This document shows, piece after piece, positions 17,514-29,030 of a DNA stretch of 33,039 bases. The stretch's first letter is position 1; each line of letters begins with the position of its first letter. A model generated the notes under the pieces. It had not been told where the DNA came from and made no database searches. It saw only the letters and a program-made list of their open reading frames with translations. The position numbers were made by a program, and so were the translations under genes. Source of the stretch: Candidatus Eiseniibacteriota bacterium (GTDB taxonomy: Bacteria; Eisenbacteria; RBG-16-71-46; CAZEPH01); assembly GCA_046590735.1 (NCBI GenBank), contig JBKJUD010000312.1:1-33039 (forward strand), written 5' to 3'.

Positions 17514-17942
17514 CTACGAATCGCGGGGGATGATGTCAACGCTCGCCGTGAGGTCGAACGCTTCACGCAGGAACGGCGTGATCGCGTGCAGGTCCTCGAC
17601 GCTGCGGACGAGCGCGACGTGCGAAACGCGGTTGCCGCTGGCGCCGGCCTTGATGAATTGCGACGCGGTCACCGTGCGACCGAGGTGTATCACGACGCGC
17701 AGCGCATCGCGCGTCATCGTCAGGTCCGCGAAGATGCGGGTGGTGCGAAACAGTGCGTATCGGTCACGCGTGACGACCTCCACCTCCCCGTAGCTCCTGA
17801 CGGTGGACTCGAGCTCCCGGTAGAGAACCACCAGCGCCAAAGGCCGCCCCGCCAGCAGCGCCGCGGCGCTGCCCACCCCGCAGGCGTGACGCTGATTGAC
17901 CTGACGAAAATTACGATCGCAGCGCGGACAGCTCCAACTCAT
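17514..17942 (-). CDS. DUF5655-like protein with N-terminal CxxC (142 aa)
   Basis: ORF 17514..17972 trimmed to MSWSCPRCDRNFRQVNQRHACG (ATG 17942-17940). Confidence 0.6.
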   Translation of the reverse strand: MSWSCPRCDRNFRQVNQRHACGVGSAAALLAGRPLALVVLYRELESTVRSYGEVEVVTRDRYALFRTTRIFADLTMTRDALRVVIHLGRTVTASQFIKAGASGNRVSHVALVRSVEDLHAITPFLREAFDLTASVDIIPRDS

Positions 17943-18059
17943 GGGACCTCTGGGGCGACGGGACCGGGTCACCCCGCGCCGGGCTTGGGGACGATGCGCA
18001 ACGTCGCCTCGAGGACCTGCGGGGAGCGACGGGGCGACTCGGACGAGCGCCAGGTTGGG

Positions 18060-18491
18060 TCATTCGTCGTGGTGCGTCACGATCTCGTACCGGATGCCGT
18101 CCGGATCCGTGAAGAACAGCGCGTAGTAGCCGGAAGGCGTGTACTCGGGAAATTCCCGCGGCGGAATCACGATCGTGGCACCGATTTCACGGAGCTGCTC
18201 GTGCAGGCGATCCACCGCGGCGCGCGACGTCGCCTTGAAAGCCAGGTGATGCAGCGCGCCGGGACGCCTTCGATGCACGGGTTCCGTCGCGAACTCGCGC
18301 CTCGGCGAGGTGATCGCGATGCCCAGTCGCGGATGCTCGTAACTCACGACGTGCTTGTCGTGCGCCTCGATCACCACCGACGAGCGGCGCGCCATGTTGT
18401 AGCCGAGAAGCGGCAGCAGCTTGTCGTAGAAAGGGACCGCGACGTCCATGTCCCGGACGGTGATTTCGATGTGGCTGAGGACGGGTTCCAT
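18060..18491 (-). CDS. VOC family protein (143 aa)
   Basis: ORF 18060..18491: LSHIEITVRDMDVAVPFYDKLLPLLGY...HHLAFKA...YYALFFTDPDGIRYEIV. Confidence 0.8.
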   Translation of the reverse strand: MEPVLSHIEITVRDMDVAVPFYDKLLPLLGYNMARRSSVVIEAHDKHVVSYEHPRLGIAITSPRREFATEPVHRRRPGALHHLAFKATSRAAVDRLHEQLREIGATIVIPPREFPEYTPSGYYALFFTDPDGIRYEIVTHHDE

Positions 18492-18496
18492 GTGTG

Positions 18497-18715
18497 TTAC
18501 GACTTATCGTCCGGCGCCTTGGTCTCCGCCCGCCCGAACCCGCCGACAATGCCGTACATCAAGACCGGAACACCGAGGGCGAGCGCGACGTGGCCCCAGT
18601 CGACTGCACCCGCCTGGCGAAAGCCCACGATCTCACTCGCGAGGGCGACCACGCTGCCCAGCACCGCGAGGCCGACGGCGACCCTTCCCGTCCTGCTGAT
18701 TCGATTGCGCGCCAC
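18497..18715 (-). CDS. Small membrane protein (72 aa)
   Basis: ORF 18497..18715. GTG start lies 8 nt after GGAGG. Two hydrophobic helices. Confidence 0.6.
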   Translation of the reverse strand: MARNRISRTGRVAVGLAVLGSVVALASEIVGFRQAGAVDWGHVALALGVPVLMYGIVGGFGRAETKAPDDKS

Positions 18716-18789
18716 GCGAGATCCTCCTCACCTTGCAATACGCTGCGACGTGTCCTGCGATCGCGGCGTCAGGGAGGCCGCCTGCCGGA

Positions 18790-19176
18790 TCATTCGCCTT
18801 CCGGCGGCTGCCAGAGTTCCACCTTGTTGCCCTCCGGGTCCATGACCCAGCCGAATTTTCCGAACTCGGAATCGTCGGTGTTGTCGAGCACGTTGCATCC
18901 TTCCGCGCGGAGGGCCTTCAGCAGATTTTCCACATCCGCGACTCGATAGTTGACCATGAACGGAGACGTGCTTGGTGCAAACTGGTCGCTGTCCGCGCCG
19001 CCCACGCACCACGCGGTGGTGCCCGCGATGGGGGTTCCGCTTTCATCCGTCCACCGGAATGCAGCGCCTCCCCATTCCTGGACATCGATGCCGAGATGCG
19101 TCTTGTACCACGCACACAGCGCATCGGGATCCTTCGCCGTGAAAAAGATCCCGCCGATTCCCGTCACTCGCTTCAT
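18790..19176 (-). CDS. VOC family protein (128 aa)
   Basis: ORF 18790..19176: MKRVTGIGGIFFTAKDPDALCAWYKTHLGI...FGWVMDPEGNKVELWQP. GGGAGGGG lies upstream of the ATG. Confidence 0.8.
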   Translation of the reverse strand: MKRVTGIGGIFFTAKDPDALCAWYKTHLGIDVQEWGGAAFRWTDESGTPIAGTTAWCVGGADSDQFAPSTSPFMVNYRVADVENLLKALRAEGCNVLDNTDDSEFGKFGWVMDPEGNKVELWQPPEGE

Positions 19177-19458
19177 CTGCCCCTCCCTGTTCCACCGCGG
19201 CCTTGATGTCTATCCGATCCTGCAGCAGCGCCTTCTGCACCACGCCCTTGAACAAGACCCGCATCGGAAGTCCGCGGCGTTCGCGATGTCGGTGAGGGCG
19301 GCCCTGGTCGCCGTCGTGGATCCGTGGATGGTGACCTGCGCGTCCACGAGCAGGGGGGCTTCAGGAATGTGAGCGGTGATCCACGGCCCATGGGCGAGGT
19401 GGGCCGCCGGTGCCGGGTCCGAGGCGCGGCTCAATGGCTCAGACGCTACGAATCGCAT
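19177..19458 (-). pseudogene. Frame-disrupted ORF pair, family not recognised
   Basis: ORF 19210..19458 (...PWITAHIPEAPLLVDAQVTIHGSTTATRAALTDIANAADF) continues sensibly only after a frame change near 19262 into ORF 19043..19264 (MRVLFKGVVQKALLQDRIDIKAAVEQ). That ORF would then run about 130 nt into the next gene. Confidence 0.3.
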
Positions 19459-19549
19459 GGATTGCTGTCAACCCGCGATCGCGGCGCTCCCCTCGCGTCG
19501 AACTCCCCGTGATTTCGCTCCCTCGGTGAAGAACTCCATGGCGGTGGTC

Positions 19550-19843
19550 CTATCCGTATCGTTGCCTGACCTCCTCGCCTTCCGCCATCAGGTAGACCAC
19601 CAGGTCTCGGCCACGGATGGCGAAGCCTGCCAGCGGGGATTCCCCGGTTCGGCCGCTCTCGTAGGTATACCGATAGGAGCCATACCCGACGATGCTGGGC
19701 CCCCACATGTGTGGTGACTGCCGGGTGATTTTCTTGAAGATGGCCATCAACTCCCGGCAATCGGCGCATTGCTGCGCGTTGGCGCGAGAGGCGATGTAGT
19801 CGTCGACGCTGGCGTTGGTGGGCGTGGTTTTGTTTTCGGGCAT
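19550..19843 (-). CDS. DUF1801 (YdhG-like) protein, short form (97 aa)
   Basis: ORF 19550..19843: MPENKTTPTNASVDDYIA...MWGPSIVGYGSYRYTYESGRTGESPLAGFAIRGRDLVVYLMAEGE followed directly by EVRQRYG. Confidence 0.75.
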   Translation of the reverse strand: MPENKTTPTNASVDDYIASRANAQQCADCRELMAIFKKITRQSPHMWGPSIVGYGSYRYTYESGRTGESPLAGFAIRGRDLVVYLMAEGEEVRQRYG

Positions 19844-19888
19844 GGGAACGAGTCCTGGGTCATGGGTTCCTGTGGCCCCAGCGGCGTG

Positions 19889-20875
19889 TCAGACGGATTC
19901 AAGGATCGAAATGTCGGCTGGGGTGTCGATCTGACGCTCGAGAGAAAAGCCGGCCTCGGCGAGCAGCGCTGCGTATTCCTGCCGCGTGCGTTGTCGGCCC
20001 CCGATCAAGGTCAGCATGTGAATATCCAGCGTCTTCGACCAATGTGGGCCGGGATCGTCGGGGACCATCTGTTCGATCAGCAGGAGCTTGGCGCCGGGCG
20101 GCGCCGCGGAGCGAATCGCCTTCAAGATGGAGATCGACTCGGCGTCATCCCAGTCGTGGATGACCTCCATCACGAGATACGCATCGCAGGCTGGCAGCGG
20201 GTTACTGAAGAAATCGCCGGCTTGCAGCGTCAGCCGGTCCGAGGCCAGGCCGGCGACTTCCTGGATGACGTGCGGCTGGTCGAACAGCACCCCTCTCGCG
20301 GACGGAGCTTGATCCAGCACCGCCTGCAGCAGGTGCCCGCGCCCACCGCCGATGTCGCCGATCACGCGGAAGGCCGTGAAGTCGTAGGCGGCGACGACCG
20401 CAGCGACCTGTCCGTGCGCCTTGCCGACCATCGCCGCGTTGAAGATGCCGCCCTCTTCCGGGTGTTCAGCCAAATAAGCCCAGAGACCGCCGGGGAGTAC
20501 TTTCTCCGACGCCGGACGGCCGGTCCGGACCGTGTGTTCGAATGCGCCGAAGACCGTCCACAGGACCGGCAAGCCGAACATCCGCGCGACAGCGCGCATG
20601 GACTGCGGGTGGTCGGTGCGCAACATTCGGGACGCCGGCGAGTGGTGGAATGTATCGCCGTCTCGTTCAAACACGCCGTGCGCGGACAGGAGTTGCAGGA
20701 CCCGGGTGAGCGCGCCAGGGTGAGCGCCGACCACTGCCGCCAGCTCGGCTGCCGTTCGGGGAGTCTCTTCCAGCGCGTCGGCGACTCCGAGGTTGGCGGC
20801 GACGTGAAGGCACGCCGGCAGACAGTAGCCACCGGCGATCTGCAGCAATGTGGAAACCGGATTGGGTTGAGTCAC
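19889..20875 (-). CDS. SAM-dependent O-methyltransferase (dimerisation domain plus Methyltransf_2), 328 aa
   Basis: ORF 19889..20959 trimmed to GTG 20875-20873, 6 nt after GGGAGA. SAM motif VIGDIGGGRGHLL. Confidence 0.85.
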   Translation of the reverse strand: MTQPNPVSTLLQIAGGYCLPACLHVAANLGVADALEETPRTAAELAAVVGAHPGALTRVLQLLSAHGVFERDGDTFHHSPASRMLRTDHPQSMRAVARMFGLPVLWTVFGAFEHTVRTGRPASEKVLPGGLWAYLAEHPEEGGIFNAAMVGKAHGQVAAVVAAYDFTAFRVIGDIGGGRGHLLQAVLDQAPSARGVLFDQPHVIQEVAGLASDRLTLQAGDFFSNPLPACDAYLVMEVIHDWDDAESISILKAIRSAAPPGAKLLLIEQMVPDDPGPHWSKTLDIHMLTLIGGRQRTRQEYAALLAEAGFSLERQIDTPADISILESV

Positions 20876-20939
20876 GGCATATCTCCCGTGTGCCTGCCGA
20901 CGACGTCTGGTACCACCCTGTTTGCGGGCCGGCAAGTGT

Positions 20940-21752
20940 TCACGTTCTGCTGAACTCACGAGGGGTGGCCGCTATCGGCTGCCCGCACGCGTGACACGCG
21001 GGTGTCGGCTGGACCTCCGGCTCGTGCAGGCGCACGGGCTGACCCTGACGGCGTAGCCGGATGTTGAGGATCTCGACCGCGATCGCGAACGCCATCGCCG
21101 AGTAGATGTAACCCTTGGGAATGTGGGCGTCGAATCCGTCGGCGATCAGTGCGACTCCGATGACGAGCAGGAATGCCAGCGCGAGCATCTTGATCGTCGG
21201 GTGCTGGCTCACGAACCCATGCACCGTGTCGGAGAACACGAACATGAAACCGACCGCGGTGATGATGGCTGCGACCATGATCGCGAGCCGGTCCACCATG
21301 CCGACGGCGGTGATGATCGAGTCGAGGGAGAACACGACATCGATCACCATGATCTGCAGGATCACGGCGGCGAAACCAACGGCCGCCGCTTTTCCACTGG
21401 TCGATGGCGCCTCGCTGCCCTCGAGCTTGTGGTGGATTTCCTTGGTCGCCTTGTAGATGAGGAAGATCCCACCGACAACCAGCACCAGATCCTTGCCCGA
21501 GAGCTCGTTGCCGGCGATCGCGAACAGTGGCGCGGTGAGTTTCATGATCCACGTGAGTCCGAACAGGAGCGCCAGGCGCGACACGAGCGCCGCGGCAATG
21601 CCCAGCTTGCGCGCGCGCGCCTGCTGGTCGGCCGGCAGCTTGCCCGCGAGGATCGAAATGAAGATGAGGTTGTCGATGCCGAGCACGATTTCAAGCGCCG
21701 CCAGCGTGGCGAAGGCCAGCCAGGCACTGGGGTCTAGGAGCAGTTCGAGCAT
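20940..21752 (-). CDS. TerC family integral membrane protein (270 aa)
   Basis: ORF 20940..21824 trimmed to MLELLLDPSAWLAFATLAALEIVLGIDNLIFISILA (ATG 21752-21750), the usual N-terminus for this family. Confidence 0.85.
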   Translation of the reverse strand: MLELLLDPSAWLAFATLAALEIVLGIDNLIFISILAGKLPADQQARARKLGIAAALVSRLALLFGLTWIMKLTAPLFAIAGNELSGKDLVLVVGGIFLIYKATKEIHHKLEGSEAPSTSGKAAAVGFAAVILQIMVIDVVFSLDSIITAVGMVDRLAIMVAAIITAVGFMFVFSDTVHGFVSQHPTIKMLALAFLLVIGVALIADGFDAHIPKGYIYSAMAFAIAVEILNIRLRRQGQPVRLHEPEVQPTPACHACGQPIAATPREFSRT

Positions 21753-21987
21753 GGGGCGGTTTCCTGGGACAGGGGGCGGAGCCGCAGTGGGCTCTTGCGC
21801 GTCATCGTACGCCTTTTCCAGCACCGCTACGTCGAGCTTCTACAGCAGCTCCATCCTTGCGGCAATCACAGCCTGCACCTTGTGACCGGGCGGGACCATG
21901 CCGTCGACTCGTGCGCGCCTTGGCATTCGCCTCCTGGCCCCGGCTCGAGACTGCGTTACTCAAGACGGGGCTCGGCTGTGCGTGTCC

Positions 21988-22452
21988 TCACTCGTCCCTC
22001 GGCCCGGACAGCGCCTCCGCATCCGCTCGATCCTGGAGGCGACCCGTTGCGTGCTTGTTGCGCAGCAATGCGGCAAGCCCGACGACGGGAATGTGCCGTC
22101 CGGAGAGTTCGAAAAAAACAGCGTCCGTCAGCGCTTCGTCGAAGGTGATGCCGCTGGCCTGGGTGATGACGTCGATGCGGAGCGGGGGCACGCCAAGCTG
22201 CAGGACGTTGCCTTCCGACGCGAAGTCGGACGTGGTCACTTGAAGGGTGGCGAGCGGCGCTCCGAAGGCGGCGAGGGCTCGGTAGACGCGGTCGGCATTT
22301 GCGGAATCTGCGCGGATGAAGATGTCGATGTCCTTCGTCGCTCGCGGGTGCCCGTGCAAGGCGACGGCGTATCCGCCGACCACGACGAACTCCGCCCCGG
22401 CATCTGCGAGTTCGATCAACACATCGCGGAAGTCGTCCGGCAGCTCGATCAT
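21988..22452 (-). CDS. Nucleotidyltransferase-fold protein (DUF6036-like), 154 aa
   Basis: ORF 21988..22461. Pol-beta-type NTase motif VVVGGYAVALHGHPRATKDIDIFI, then LQLGVPPLRIDVIT and NKHATGRLQDRADAE. The ATG at 22452 overlaps the upstream TGA as ATGA. Confidence 0.7.
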   Translation of the reverse strand: MIELPDDFRDVLIELADAGAEFVVVGGYAVALHGHPRATKDIDIFIRADSANADRVYRALAAFGAPLATLQVTTSDFASEGNVLQLGVPPLRIDVITQASGITFDEALTDAVFFELSGRHIPVVGLAALLRNKHATGRLQDRADAEALSGPRDE

Positions 22453-22682
22453 TCCGGCCACCCGCGAAACAACTTACCGGGCATGTTCGCCCGGTCGTAC
22501 GTCGGCCACGGCCGCCCGCTCAGCGACCACGCCGCGCGCGAGAGCTGCGTGACGAGCGTCACCGCCTCCGCGCCGCGCACCGCGGCCTCGCGCGGCGCGC
22601 CCTCCTCGACGCGCGAGACCGTGATGCGCCCCCGCCTCGCGTCCGCGCGCTGCCGTCTCGCCGCGTCGTCGTCGTCGGTCAT
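22449..22682 (-). CDS. Small charged protein (77 aa), translationally coupled to the NTase-fold gene
   Basis: ORF 22449..22682: MTDDDDAARRQRADARRGRITVSRVEEGAPREAAVRGAEAVTLVTQLSRAAWSLSGRPWPTYDRANMPGKLFRGWPE. It starts 30 nt after the gyrA stop. Confidence 0.55.
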   Translation of the reverse strand: MTDDDDAARRQRADARRGRITVSRVEEGAPREAAVRGAEAVTLVTQLSRAAWSLSGRPWPTYDRANMPGKLFRGWPE

Positions 22683-22712
22683 GTCGCAGCCCCCGCGGGA
22701 GCGGCGGGGCGC

Positions 22713-25223
<2,511 letters not shown>

Positions 25224-25336
25224 GTCACTCCTTCTGCGTTCCACTGGGCGCCGGGGGCCGTGCCTGGCCGGCGGCGTGCGCTTCGTCGTGCCGGCCGCGG
25301 CGTATCAGCGGCGGCCGGGTGCTGCGTGCGCGGTGC

Positions 25337-25429
25337 CTAGCGCGGATTGCGGTGCCGGTGAATCTGCCAGGCGATGCCCAGCGCGATCCACGACAGCACG
25401 ATGATGACGATGACCTGCGTGGTGCTCAT
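25337..25429 (-). CDS. Possible small membrane protein (30 aa)
   Basis: MSTTQVIVIIVLSWIALGIAWQIHRHRNPR. The ATG lies 6 nt after the TAA of the upstream gene. Too short for the ORF track. Confidence 0.35.
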   Translation of the reverse strand: MSTTQVIVIIVLSWIALGIAWQIHRHRNPR

Positions 25430-25435
25430 GACCGG

Positions 25436-25768
25436 TTACTGTCCTCGCTCGCGCGGCTCGCGCGTGACGTCGGCGTCGGAGTTGATCAGCCACTGGAAGA
25501 TCTGCGACAGGGCGACCCAGATGAGCAGGGCGAGGATCAGTTGGAAGCTGTGCGTGAGCCCGCGCCGCATTTCCTGCATCGCCAGCACCGCCAGCCCGAG
25601 GGCGAAGGCGCCCCAGCGGGCGTTCTCCGCGCGGCCCTGGACCGCGGCGGCGACGCCGGTGGCGATCACCGCGACGATCGCGCCCAGCCACCACGCGTGG
25701 GCGAGGCCGATCCACAGATATGCCAGCAGCAGGACGGCGCCGAAGACGACGCGCACTATGCCCATCAT
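25436..25768 (-). CDS. Membrane protein, unknown function (110 aa)
   Basis: ORF 25436..25768, with three hydrophobic helices. Confidence 0.6.
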   Translation of the reverse strand: MMGIVRVVFGAVLLLAYLWIGLAHAWWLGAIVAVIATGVAAAVQGRAENARWGAFALGLAVLAMQEMRRGLTHSFQLILALLIWVALSQIFQWLINSDADVTREPRERGQ

Positions 25769-25900
25769 GATCGCGCTGGTCCTCCGCGGGAAAGCGGGGC
25801 GCCGGGGCGCCGGGGCGCCGGCTCCGCGTCTGCGCCGAAGCCTGTGGCAGAGGCTCTAACCTTTTCAGGAATAGACGCTTCCACGCCACAGCGGGTCCCG

Positions 25901-25929
25901 ATTATGTCCCACGCCCCGGGCAGACGCAA
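25901..25929 (-). promoter_or_regulatory. Candidate sigma70-type promoter for the membrane-protein/gyrA unit
   Basis: On the minus strand: TTGCGT (25929-25924), a 17-nt spacer, then CATAAT (25906-25901). It lies about 130 nt upstream of the ORF start at 25768. Confidence 0.35.
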
Positions 25930-25962
25930 CGGGCCAGATGGTCCGCCGCAGCGCCCGCGAGC

Positions 25963-26523
25963 CTACTGGACCGCGACGGAATCGGCGGGCGCTGCCGCCT
26001 GTGCCTCGGCCAGCGTCTTCAGTTGCGCGAGCCCCCGTTCGAAGTCCGCGCCGACCATCTTGTCCATGTTCATGAACACGCCGAACAGCTTGCCCATGAA
26101 GTTGTTCTCGCCATCCAGCGTCCAGGTCACGTCAGTGCCTGGGTTGCGGGGGGTGAGGCGGAAGCCGGCGGTGGACGTCTGCTTGAACGGCTTCAGGAAC
26201 TCCAGCCGCATGCGCAAGCTGTCCGGCGGCTGCGCCTCGGTGATGGTCATGCGGCCCTCGCCGGCCTTGCTGTTGCCCGACCAGTAGTAGGTCGCGCCCA
26301 CTCCCGTCGCCGGTCCCGAGATCTCCTTCTTCATCGCCGGGTCGAGCTTTTCCCAGGGCGACCACTGGGCGAAGCGGTGAAAGTCGTCCAGTTCCGCGTA
26401 GACCGCGGAGGCCGGCGCGTTGATGGTCGCGGTGCGCTCGACGTGGTAGGTGCTGGGGCGGGTGAGGACGAAGGCCACGAAAACCAGGACGACGATAAGG
26501 ACGATCCGGATGATCATGCGCAT
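25963..26523 (-). CDS. SRPBCC-superfamily protein with N-terminal TM anchor (186 aa)
   Basis: ORF 25963..26547 trimmed to MRMIIRIVLIVVLVFVAFVL (ATG 26523, GGAGA upstream). Contains TYHVERTATINAPASAVYAELDDFHRFAQWSPW. Confidence 0.75.
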   Translation of the reverse strand: MRMIIRIVLIVVLVFVAFVLTRPSTYHVERTATINAPASAVYAELDDFHRFAQWSPWEKLDPAMKKEISGPATGVGATYYWSGNSKAGEGRMTITEAQPPDSLRMRLEFLKPFKQTSTAGFRLTPRNPGTDVTWTLDGENNFMGKLFGVFMNMDKMVGADFERGLAQLKTLAEAQAAAPADSVAVQ

Positions 26524-26616
26524 GGAGAGGTCTCCGGTGAAAGGCACTGCGTCGCGTGGCGCCGTTCGCTCCGTGGCCCCACGATTCGCGTCGAACCAGG
26601 ACGTCCGGACGAATCC

Positions 26617-28572
<1,956 letters not shown>

Positions 28573-29025
28573 TCAGACTCCTTTCGGGTTCTTGCGCGGG
28601 CCGGCGGCGGCGCGGCGCCCGGTGGTGCTCGTGTTCGATGTGCGCGGCGGCGGCGCGGCGGCGGTGTCCCTGGGCGCGCCCGGCGCCTGCGACGCCGGAA
28701 CGAAGTGCAAGCTGGTGACCGCCTCGTTCCCTGTCACCTGCTGGATGTGCGCGATCAGCGTGCGCTTCTGCAGCGTCAGCTCCGCCATCCAGACCGCCCC
28801 AAAGACCTCGACCAGCAGTTGCCCGTCGCGCCATTCGACAGCCTGGCTGCGGGCGGCGACGCGCGGTCCGACGATCTCGGCCCAGCGTTCGACGGTCGAC
28901 CAGCCCGAGAGCGGCCGCGCCAGGGGCGTGGCGCCCAAGGCGCGCCGCAGGACGACGCCCAGCAGGGGCGCGGGCTCGCGCGCGTCGCCGAAGCGATCGC
29001 GCTTGCGCGCCGCCGGGCGGCGCAC
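28573..29025 (-). CDS. dciA: DUF721 (DciA-family) protein, 150 aa
   Basis: ORF 28573..29025: WSTVERWAEIVGPRVAARSQAVEWRDGQLLVEVFGAVWMAELTLQKRTLIAHI is the DUF721 pattern. It lies between dnaN and gyrB, with the stop abutting the gyrB start. Confidence 0.7.
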   Translation of the reverse strand: MRRPAARKRDRFGDAREPAPLLGVVLRRALGATPLARPLSGWSTVERWAEIVGPRVAARSQAVEWRDGQLLVEVFGAVWMAELTLQKRTLIAHIQQVTGNEAVTSLHFVPASQAPGAPRDTAAAPPPRTSNTSTTGRRAAAGPRKNPKGV

Positions 29026-29030
29026 GGGGC

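Noticed and set aside
21753-21987. yybP-ykoY (Mn) riboswitch upstream of TerC
   Set aside because: I looked on the coding strand for the hallmark GGGGAGUAG / UUGACAUA / GCAAGAC elements. I found only loose resemblances (CCAGGAGGCG, GUCGACGGCAU, UUGCCGCAAGG). This is not enough without a covariance-model search.
25224-25244. Upstream alternative starts given by the ORF track for gyrA (GTG 25244), catalase (GTG 15552), TerC (GTG 21824), SPFH (8083) and others
   Set aside because: In each case a downstream ATG or GTG has a proper Shine-Dalgarno at 5-9 nt and matches the usual family N-terminus. The upstream extensions are Arg/Pro-rich and lack a ribosome-binding site.
25797-25820. GGGGCGCC x3 microsatellite in the leader of the 110-aa membrane-protein gene
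   Set aside because: It is real but short, and is the kind of low-complexity run expected by chance in GC-rich intergenic DNA. Nothing points to a function.
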